This document shows, in pieces, positions 11,652 through 20,382 of a stretch of 64,000 nucleotides of DNA. The stretch lies in NCBI RefSeq assembly GCF_021028975.2, contig NC_059431.1, positions 30,566,001 to 30,630,000 of the forward strand, read 5' to 3'. Within the stretch, counting starts at the first letter, position 1. Each line of letters starts with the position of its first letter. This DNA is from Sphaerodactylus townsendi. Its lineage: Eukaryota. The translations under genes and the position numbers were made by a program. The notes beneath the pieces were generated by a model. That model was not told the origin of the DNA and ran no database searches. It worked only from the letters and a program-made list of their open reading frames with translations.

Positions 11652-13272
11652 CCCCACAGACCTTGACTCGTTACACCGTATCGCTCTTACTCCTATTAAG
11701 ATCACCCCATTAGCTGCTTTACTTGCAACCTATCACAACCGGGCGGCCGCTCAGTTTCTTTTGAGCGGTTTTTCTCAAGGTTTCCGCATCCCCTACACGG
11801 GCCCTCGTACGGCGACTGTCTGCGGCAACTTGAAATCGGCTCGTGAGTTGCCCAGAGTTGTGGCCGCCAAGTTAGCAAAGGAGGTGGCCGCCGGCCGCAT
11901 GGCTGGCCCCTTCTCCGACCCGCCCATCCCGAACCTTAGGGTCTCTCCTCTGGGGGTGGTCCCCAAGAAGGCCCTGGGCGAGTTTCGCCTCATACACCAT
12001 TTGTCCTACCCGCGGGGTTTCTCCGTTAACGATTTTATTGACCCCAAGCTCAGCTCAGTGAGGTATGCATCACTGGACCATGCCATCTCCTTAATCAGAG
12101 CATGTGGCCTGGGAGCGATGCTGGCGAAGTGTGACATTCAGTCTGCTTTCCGCTTGCTGCCCATTCACCCCGACGACTTCTGCCTATTGGGCATTAAATT
12201 CGATGGTCATTGGTTCATTGACAAGGCCATGCCAATGGGCTGCTCGATAGCTTGCGCGGCTTTCGAATGCTTCAGCTCTTTCCTGGAGTGGGCTGCCAAG
12301 GGCCGGGCAGCCAGCCCTCATATCACTCACTATCTGGACGATTTTTTGTTTGTGGGCCGGGCCAGTTCCAGTGAGTGCCTGGACAGGCTTCATACATTCG
12401 AGGCCCTGACATCCGAGCTGGGGGTCCCCCTTGCAGGGGAGAAGACAGAGGGGCCGTCCACCTCTCTAGCCTTCTTAGGGATTACCCTTGACACTGTGCG
12501 GGGCACGTCCAGCCTGCCCATGGATAAGGTCAATAACCTGAATGCGGTCTTACATGATATGGCCAGCAAGCAGAAATGCACCCTTAAGGACGTCCAGGTC
12601 GTGTTGGGGCACCTGAATTTCGCTTGCCGGGTCATTGCCCTGGGCAGGCCTTTCTGCGCCAGATTGGCACAGGCCACGCGGGGAGTTAAGGCTGCCCACC
12701 ACTATATTCGGGTCACCGCGGGCATCAAGGCCGACCTGGCGGTGTGGCTAGAGTTTCTCAGGCATTTCAATGGGACTTCTTTGTGGCAAGCTAGATTCAC
12801 ACCAGAAGCCACTCTACAGGTACACTCTGATGCTTCAGGCAGTCTCGGGTTGGGAGTCTATTTCAGGGGCAGGTGGTGCGCCCAACGTTGGCCGGTGGAG
12901 TGGGAGGCTACGGGCCTCCTCCGGGACCTCACCTTCCTGGAGTTGTTCCCCATTTTGCTCGCTGTATATCTGTGGGCCCCTCACTTTGTGAACCGCAAGG
13001 TGGTGTTCTGGTGTGATAACCTAGCCGTAGTGCGGGTCATCAACCGTCAGTCTTCACGCTCTGAGTGGGTCATGCGCTTGGTCAGGAGGTTCGTGGCGCT
13101 TTCTTTGATTAACAACATCTCTTTTGTGGCCCAGCATGTCCCAGGAACCGACAACGAACTGGCGGACGCTCTTTCTCGCTTTCAGATGGTGAGGTTTTGG
13201 CGTTTGGCTCCCGGGGCGTGTCCACACCCGGACCCCTTCCCACAGGAGCTGTGGGATCTTGGCAACACCTGA
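11266..13272 (+). CDS. pol: Reverse transcriptase / RNase H (ORF2); true start uncertain (ATGs at 11287 and 11611)
   Basis: RT motifs KCDIQSAFR, MPMG and YLDDF. RNase H motifs SDAS, LELFPI, WCDN and ADALSR. The frame is uninterrupted and +1 relative to gag. Confidence 0.93.
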   Translation: MTWRRLLMMKSAAGRCLTPVTSGWTRSIVRPGRPWSSPSHVPRVRVLKGGAISGAMAPAWFAGSITRAGARDKNVSLSTHVNPASVRTPGWPARRGGNYSPFVEPGPLPTQFLGRMGGQARLQHPVLPSPTDLDSLHRIALTPIKITPLAALLATYHNRAAAQFLLSGFSQGFRIPYTGPRTATVCGNLKSARELPRVVAAKLAKEVAAGRMAGPFSDPPIPNLRVSPLGVVPKKALGEFRLIHHLSYPRGFSVNDFIDPKLSSVRYASLDHAISLIRACGLGAMLAKCDIQSAFRLLPIHPDDFCLLGIKFDGHWFIDKAMPMGCSIACAAFECFSSFLEWAAKGRAASPHITHYLDDFLFVGRASSSECLDRLHTFEALTSELGVPLAGEKTEGPSTSLAFLGITLDTVRGTSSLPMDKVNNLNAVLHDMASKQKCTLKDVQVVLGHLNFACRVIALGRPFCARLAQATRGVKAAHHYIRVTAGIKADLAVWLEFLRHFNGTSLWQARFTPEATLQVHSDASGSLGLGVYFRGRWCAQRWPVEWEATGLLRDLTFLELFPILLAVYLWAPHFVNRKVVFWCDNLAVVRVINRQSSRSEWVMRLVRRFVALSLINNISFVAQHVPGTDNELADALSRFQMVRFWRLAPGACPHPDPFPQELWDLGNT

Positions 13273-14168
13273 TTGCTGAGGGAGTGTTGGCATCGATTGC
13301 ACCTGCCACGCGGCGGGCGTATCAAGGAGCCATTAGGGCCTTCATTTCCTTCCACCAGTCGCAGGATGGACCGGCTGAGCCATTGTTTGGAGATACATCA
13401 CTCCTGCGCTACCTTGCCCATCTCCGTTCACAGGGTCGGGCAGCCAAGACCATGCGGCTGCATTTGGCAGCAGTATCCTTTTGCTGTAAGGCCTCTGGCA
13501 TTAATGACCCTACCGCCTCTTTCCTGACCAGGCAGGCAATTAAAGGATGGGGCAGGACCAGCCCCCGCAAGCCGGATGGGAGGCGCCCAATCTCATTAAG
13601 TTTGCTGTCCCGCCTGGCGTCAGCCTTGCCCCGCATTTGCTCCTCCGGTTTTGAATCGGTACTTTTTCGGGCCACTTTCAGCCTGGCCTTTTTCAGGGCT
13701 TTCCGGCCCGGGGAACTCGTGAGCACGTCATGCAGCAGCTCCAGCTCCAGGCCCCTCCGGGTCGGGGATGTGCAGGTTATGGGCGCCACCCTGGCCATCA
13801 CACTGCACCAGTCCAAAACTGATCAAGGGGCCAGAGGGTCTTTCATTACCATGCAGGAATCCACAGCGCAGGGCCCCTGCCCAGTGGCTGACACTGTGGC
13901 GTACCTTGCAGTTCGCCCCAATCGGCCTGGACCTCTACTTTTACATAAGGATGGGTCGTTTTTGTCTCGCTACCAGCTTATGGCAGTCTTCAAGTGCTGC
14001 CTGTCTGCATTGGGAGAGTCACCCTCTTCCTATGGCCTTCATTCCTTCCGGATCGGGGCGGCATCCACGCTTGCCGATCTGGGGGTCCCTGCCAGCAGGG
14101 TCATGGACGTTGGGCGCTGGAGGTCAGGGGCATTCAGGACTTACATCAGGCCGCTTACCCCGGCATGA
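13197..14168 (+). CDS. Tyrosine recombinase (ORF3); first ATG only at 13452
   Basis: Full catalytic set R (AFRPGEL), K (SKTDQ), HxxR (HSFRIGAAS), W (GRW) and Y (FRTYIR). The N-terminal core-binding segment (ASIAPATRRAY) lies upstream of the first ATG. Confidence 0.93.
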   Translation: MAFGSRGVSTPGPLPTGAVGSWQHLIAEGVLASIAPATRRAYQGAIRAFISFHQSQDGPAEPLFGDTSLLRYLAHLRSQGRAAKTMRLHLAAVSFCCKASGINDPTASFLTRQAIKGWGRTSPRKPDGRRPISLSLLSRLASALPRICSSGFESVLFRATFSLAFFRAFRPGELVSTSCSSSSSRPLRVGDVQVMGATLAITLHQSKTDQGARGSFITMQESTAQGPCPVADTVAYLAVRPNRPGPLLLHKDGSFLSRYQLMAVFKCCLSALGESPSSYGLHSFRIGAASTLADLGVPASRVMDVGRWRSGAFRTYIRPLTPA

Positions 14169-14218
14169 CGCGCCTACCTAGTTACAGGCCCTCATTTCTT
14201 TTCTCTTAGTTTCTGCAG

Positions 14219-14790
14219 GTGCCGGAAAAGTCGTCTGGGTGGTGGGCCACAGTATCGTCTACTGGGCTTCCCAGTACGCTGCATCGTCAGGCTGGAGTCA
14301 CGACCTGGGCCTCCGGCACCACCTGCACGTTTTCTGGTTTGGTTTCAGAGGCATGCGTTGGCATGACCTCCTTCCTCTCCTCTGGACCAAGATTCGAGCC
14401 TTTGGCCCTCCACAAGCTTTGATCATCCAACTCGGGGAGAACGACATCCCTGCGATTCGGCGGGTGGAGCTGCTCCAGTCAATCATCAGAGACATTGGCA
14501 TCATACACCGCCTCGCCCCTAAGACGACTATTTTCTGGTCCCACCTTCTGGAACGCCGCGTTTGGAGGGGGGCGCTGGACCCCCGCCGGGTGAACCGGGC
14601 AAGGGAAAGGACTTGTAGGGCCGTTGCGTGTTTTGTACTCGGGCTAGGGGGGCGGGTGATTCCGCACCACGACATTTCGTTCGGTTTAGAGGCTTTGTTC
14701 AGGGCAGATGGTGTTCACCTGACACAGTGGGGCATGGATCTTTGGTTACATGACCTGAGGTCGGGTTTGTGCGATTGGCTGGACATTTAG
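14219..14790 (+). CDS. SGNH/GDSL-type hydrolase (ORF4), probably a spliced 3' exon
   Basis: Blocks VWVVGHS (Ser codon at 14251), RGMRW, QLGENDI and DGVHL. The frame is open from 14182, but the first ATG (14353) is downstream of the Ser. A polypyrimidine tract with AG at 14208-9 and 14217-8 precedes it. Confidence 0.82.
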
Positions 14791-15170
14791 GAGGCATTTG
14801 GCGGGAGCAGGGGTGGTTCCCACCCCGCTCTCTGGCGGGTTGCGCATGGGGGGTGATCGTTTTAGTGAAGGGGAGCTACGGGAGCTCTTCTGGTAACACC
14901 TCCATAAGAGGTGAGGGCGGAGCAAGCCGAAGGTTGGGACGCCCGGCAGGGGCTACCAAGGCTTGCGCCCTGGCAGCAGGTTGGAACAGGCACCAGAAAG
15001 GGGTCTATCGCTCATCTGGCAGATCCTGATCCAATCTGACCTTCATGCTCAATTCCTCCAGCAGGCGGGCTGAGGAATTATTTAACTCTGGGGGACAGCA
15101 CTTGTGCTGCCCAGATCCTTTGATCCCCCCCATGCTGCGCCAAGTTTTTGCTTCCAATTAATGTCTTGCC

Positions 15171-15176
15171 AATAAA
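15171..15176 (+). terminator. Polyadenylation signal in the element's 3' module
   Basis: aataaa ~110 nt from the 3' end, followed by GT/T-rich sequence. Confidence 0.55.
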
Positions 15177-16215
15177 TATCTCTGGCTATGGCCAAATTGT
15201 TTACCCACTATAAGTTGTCATGCGTTTTATTGTGGTCAAATAGTCGGGGTTGCATGAGCCACCTGGTTCCCGCCTCGGCCTGCAAACTCCACACACCTTT
15301 TTTGCCAAGAAGTCTTCAGGACGTTTCTGCTCAACTCATCGCATTTAGAAAATGCTAAACTAGCAATCTTTTTTCTCACCATCCCCGGAAAAGGGGGAGC
15401 TGAGTACACAGGTACATTGGGTATATGGTGGAACCAACTGTTATTATATTGAGATATCAATATAATTTAGAAGTTGATGTGTTTTAGCTAAGCTCGTGCG
15501 GTTGAGCTTCTTTTCTTTGACTTTCACTTCCTGGCTACTGAAAGATGTCAGCAGGATAATTATGAAACAGAAAGGAGCCAACAACACGGAAGGGGGAGTG
15601 AGAAGAAAGGTATGTATTGCAATTTGAGGGAATGTGAAGGTTGAAGCTGGGTCGGCTGGCTATGGGTGGAAGGAAGATGTCCAGGGCAAAGCTGTGCTCA
15701 CTGATAAATGTGCCCTGCTCTGGTGGTGAACCAAATTAAAGTCACACTAGAAGTGGTGTTGCTTGCCGTGGAGAGAATGGAAAGTGAAAGTAGGGCTTGA
15801 GAAAATATGTCTGTACAGGAAATCTTGCTGCAATGGACATTTGCCCCTGCTGTGAAGTAGGCACTTGGTGTGTCATCAGCCCTGGTGTTTAATCAGCTCC
15901 CCTCACTCAAAAATGAGATTTTTCTACTGAAATGGCTGATTACAGCTAAGTCACCAATATTCTGCACAAACTGATATTTTAGGAGATAAGATGAACCTCC
16001 AAAAGCCTTTTTTTCTGATCAACCATATGTCTTACTTTTGACGTGGAGGCACCATAATAGTAATATTTAGTGCAGGAACTAGATTTCTTAACAACCTCAG
16101 CTTGCAGACTGAGACCAGGAAAACAATGAGGGAGAGAAGAGGAAGGAGAACAGCAGGACAAAGGAAGGAAACACATGGAGAAAATGAAAAATAACTGCAG
16201 GTTAGGAGCAGGTTG

Positions 16216-17193
16216 GCGAGGCACCTGTGGGACCCTGAGAGCTGGAGTGAAAGATCTCTATTAGCAACTTGAAGCTGAAAAGATAACTGTGAGACTGTTA
16301 CACAAACTGATAAAGCAAGAAAGAAAAGGCCTGATAGGCTGCGGAACCTGTACAACTCTACTGTTAAACTGGTAGAAACCCCTTTGTAACCAGTGTCTTC
16401 CCTGTTTGGTTTTAGGTAGCCACATTCTGATTCTCCCAGGCTGTCAATGATTCAAGGTGGGAGGGGGTAAAATCATGAGTACGGTCTGTTCTGCTGCTCA
16501 GTGTTATTGATTCTGTGTCTTTGCTCTACTGCATCAGTTTTATCTCTGGTAAATTTAAATTTCTGCTTAGTTTTAGGGGGGCGGCTTTCCTTTTTTAATA
16601 ATGATTTTTATTAAGTTTTTATGAACTACAAGTTGCTAAAACAAATACAGAGAACAAAATAGTGAACCAATCGGGTTAGCTTTCACGTCGGATTTAACTG
16701 GTTCTGCGAGGCACCTGTGGGACCCTGAGAGCTGGAGTGAAAGATCTCTATTAGCAACTTGAAGCTGAAAAGATAACTGTGAGACTGTTACACAAACTGA
16801 TAAAGCAAGAAAGAAAAGGCCTGATAGGCTGCGGAACCTGTACAACTCTACTGTTAAACTGGTAGAAACCCCTTTGTAACCAGTGTCTTCCCTGTTTGGT
16901 TTTAGGTAGCCACATTCTGATTCTCCCAGGCTGTCAATGATTCAAGGTGGGAGGGGGTAAAATCATGAGTACGGTCTGTTCTGCTGCTCAGTGTTATTGA
17001 TTCTGTGTCTTTGCTCTACTGCATCAGTTTTATCTCTGGTAAATTTAAATTTCTGCTTAGTTTTAGGGGGGCGGCTTTCCTTTTTTAATAATGATTTTTA
17101 TTAAGTTTTTATGAACTACAAGGCTGCTAAAATAACACAGAGAACAAAATAGTGAACCATCGAAGGCTTTCACGGCCGGATTTAACTGGTTCT
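16216..17193. repeat. ~490-bp tandem duplication (16216-16705, 16706-17193)
   Basis: Both units start gcgaggcacctgtgggacc. They look identical over ~420 bp and differ by scattered indels in the last ~70 bp. Confidence 0.9.
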
Positions 17194-17331
17194 GGTGGGT
17201 TTTCCAGGCTGTGTGGCTGTGGTCTGGTGGATCTTGTTCATAACGTTGCGCCTGCATCTATGGCTGGCATCTTCAGAGGTGTATCACAGAGGGAAGTCTG
17301 TTACACACTGTGACACTGGACCCTCTACAAC
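17159..17331 (-). mobile_element. Penelope-like element terminal fragment with degenerate hammerhead ribozyme
   Basis: tcgaaggctttcacggccgg..gcatcttcagagg resembles lizard Penelope ends. It is flanked by the 14-bp direct repeat caaaatagtgaacc (17145-17158, 17332-17345). Confidence 0.7.
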
Positions 17332-17688
17332 CAAAATAGTGAACCGATCACCCTACATTCTAAACTACATAAACAACAAAGGATACACATTACATTTAAC
17401 TACTTGACTTCCTGCCCCAAACCCACTGCTATATTTGTCCTTAATGTTATATTTCTATTTCCATTAATAGAATTTCCATTAAAGTGGACTAGCACTTTTT
17501 TTTCCTGAAAAGCTATTTAATTATCATTTGGTTTCATTTAAAATACAAACATACGGTAACCTTATCCCTTCAACTCAGTTCTTGGCTTTGAAAGCAACTA
17601 CATAAAATAAGAGGTGCATGGCTTGGATATGGTTTTCCATGCCAACACAAAGCTATCTGAGGTCTGTGATGCAGAAGATACCTTAATG

Positions 17689-18080
17689 CAGAGGTGGGAT
17701 CCAGCAGGTTCTCACAGGTTCCCGAGAGTAGGTTACTAATTATTTGGGTGTGCTGAGAGGGGGTTACTAATTGGTGATTTTGCCACATGATTTTTGCCTT
17801 AGTTACACCCCTCCTCTCAGCAGTAGCATGCAGAACTTGAAGCAGTCTAGCAGGAGGTGCACCGGCGTGTGTGGCAGCCTGCGCCTGCGTGCATTCATTT
17901 CCTGCCCAAGGACCGGCACAGCAGCTGCGTCCTTGCCACAGACCTGCCCAGGAATGCCCCATCCCTGGAATGCCCGGCCACGCCCCCATTGTGCCCCACC
18001 CAGCCCCATTGGCGCTACGCCACAGTTTGAATCCCACCACCATGGGAACCTGTTACTAAATTTTTTAGATCCCACCACTG
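17689..18080. mobile_element. Non-autonomous hAT element
   Basis: TIRs cagaggtgggatc / gatcccaccactg. Perfect 8-bp TSD ccttaatg. Confidence 0.9.
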
Positions 18081-18117
18081 CCTTAATGGACAATTCTGCT
18101 GCTGAGGCTAAGAGCTC

Positions 18118-18698
18118 TGTGATGAACAGGAGGCTGTCCTGCTCCTGAAGGGAAAATCGGTCACTCTGAAAAGCCAGAGAGGACTGTTGTTTCAGCATCC
18201 AATCACCTTTGAGAAGGGGGATGACAGAAGAAGAGTTTAGATTTGCCTCAGGGAGAGAGCAGAGACAACCAAGGTCTGGCTCAGGAAAGGGAGTAGACAG
18301 AATGAAAGGCAGCTGTCTCAGGTGTGTCGCAGAGCAGTTTAGCTCTGACTCTTGGAGAGAAGAGAGTGCTTGATTGCCAGACCTCTCTCTGATGATGTAC
18401 TATTGAGGCCTGTCTCTTGGTCTCTTGTACCATTTAGTCTGACTCTGGGGAAAGGGCAGGCTGGTGTGGGTGGAATCCTGCGTATGAGAGAGGACCCACC
18501 TTAGTAGCCTGTCAATAAAGGTCTGTGATTGAAGGCACTGAAGAAAAGTCTAGCTACTCCCTAGTCTTTACCAGGTTAAAGTTTTGTGCCTCAGCCAGGT
18601 TTCTCATTTGTCTACCTAAAAAACTGTACTGTTGGTTTTTTCGTAGCTTATATATTAATCCAGCCTCAGTGATCTCAGGAACCTCCTTGTGCACCACA
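18118..18698 (+). mobile_element. Possible old solo LTR
   Basis: tgtgatg..caccaca ends with an internal aataaa. No convincing TSD. Confidence 0.3.
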
Positions 18699-19527
18699 AA
18701 AGTTACTGCACAGCAGTGAACCCAAAGCATTTACACTCACTACCTGTAGAACACTTGGAAACTGAGGGGAAAGTTTATAGTTCAAAATAAACCTAAATCC
18801 CCAAAATCATAAGAAGTTGTGTGCATCTCCTCAATAGGGGGGGAAAAAGCTCGCCACAAGCTCCTATTCCTCATGGGAGGAATCTTAATCTGGGCTCTAC
18901 TACTCAGCTGCTTCACTCTCCTGTAAGAAGAACACCTGAAGGGACGCCAACCCACACTGTCAGCATATATGTCATCAAACCAAGGATTTTCAAACTACTG
19001 TTCTTGCTAGCTGTTAGCTAAAGAGCAGAGCTTTAGTGCTCAGCAGGTTTGCTTCACTATGTATAAACTCAGTTGGGTTCCGACTATTTAATTATAGAGG
19101 CAAAGATGGTCTTGCCTTGCAGCTCTCCCTATTATGCAAAATTCACCTTTGTGCATCTACTGGCATTGCTGCCCACTCCTGATTGAATCCGGATTAGTTC
19201 TACTGAAGCCTTCTGGCTACATCAGAGAAAACAATGTAGTGTTTCTCCCATAACAAATCAAAGAAATGTCGCATCTGTACGAAAGCCAAAACATCACTGC
19301 CTCCCAAGTCCATTAAAGCATTTTTCTTAGCCTTTGTGATAAAAATGGAGTGTGGTAATATTCTGAAGAATAATTCACAGCTTAGTCAAGGACTATTTAC
19401 AAGTTACAAATCCATGTACTGAACATACAGACTTTGTACTGAACATACAGACTTTTTGTCCCATTGGGATAACTTACAAATAAGCAAATAACAGCTCTCC
19501 ATAGGCATTTAAGAATGGGAAGGTGGC

Positions 19528-20030
19528 ATAGACAAGACAAGACAACCTTTAACGGCACAGTTAAAATTATTACATTACATTTATGCCATTAAGGGTTGTG
19601 GGAATTGAATTAAATTATTACATTAGATATAATACTTAGCCCATAGAAGTATCTGTTGGACATCAATCATAGCCTTCACTTAAAATTATTTGCAAGACTA
19701 AACAACTGTTGATCAGAGATTGCTAATAAAACATTTGCCACTTCAAAAGTAATGGTTGAGTTTCAGTCCATTGATAAGAATCAAAGAAGTTCACATTTGT
19801 TCAGTCTCTGGTAAAATTATGCTACAGTCCTAAATAATTTCTCCAAGTCTTTATGCAGTTGACAGTCCAACAGGATATGAGAGAGGGAATCAGGGGTCCC
19901 GCATCCACCAATGCAGAGTCTCTCTGAATACGGAATTCGCTGGTTTCTGCCAGCTAAGACTGCTGAGGGTAGAGTGTTTGTTCTGGCTTCCATGAATGCT
20001 CTTCTGAGTCTAGCATTGTCAGGTAGTTTT
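19528..20030 (-). mobile_element. Non-LTR retrotransposon 3' fragment (RTE-X-like)
   Basis: Minus strand reads RAFMEARTNTLPSA and ends in a short (TTGTC)n tail. It resembles the fragment at 29240-30105. Confidence 0.45.
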
Positions 20031-20241
20031 GTTGGGCATATATATGTACCCAGAAGAGACAGATTCTCAGTTACTTTTTATATATGAGTTTACTAACTAT
20101 AAAGGGAGGGTTACATGGAGATAAAATAAGAAATCCTTTCTTTCCTGTTACACATCTACATTACTGTACGTTTGGTTACCTATCTGCTGGCTTGTACTCA
20201 TGGCTGTAGCGGTATGCTGGTGGCGTGTCCGCTGAAACAAA

Positions 20242-20382
20242 GGCCCCTTCTGCACATGCAGAATAATGCACTTTCAATCCACTTTCAGAATTGTTTGCAA
20301 GTGGATTTTGCTATTCCGCACATCTGGAAAGTGAACTGAAAGTGGATTGAAAGTACATTACTCTGCGTGTGCGGAATGGGCC
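20242..20382. mobile_element. Palindromic Harbinger-like MITE (same family as 7923-8073)
   Basis: Shares sequence and TIRs with the 7923 copy. 3-bp aaa flanks. Confidence 0.75.

Larger units (their letters stand above)
9152..15283 (+). mobile_element. Tyrosine-recombinase (DIRS-order) retrotransposon, Ngaro group, with SGNH hydrolase ORF; all ORFs open
   Basis: Sharp GC/CpG-rich island with ORF order gag, RT/RNase H, YR, SGNH. No methyltransferase after RNase H, no integrase, no long TSD. An aaa trinucleotide sits at both junctions (9149-9151, 15284-15286). Ends are uncertain by a few bp. Confidence 0.9.

Noticed and set aside
9152-15283. Bacterial prophage, retron or contaminant (RT + integrase + esterase, high GC)
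   Set aside because: RT/RNase H and gag are DIRS-order, eukaryotic polyA and splice signals are present, and both junctions are continuous with a host repeat.
15475-16474. Solo LTR with tga..tca ends
   Set aside because: No matching TSD and no canonical polyA signal. It may be an old repeat, but this cannot be supported.
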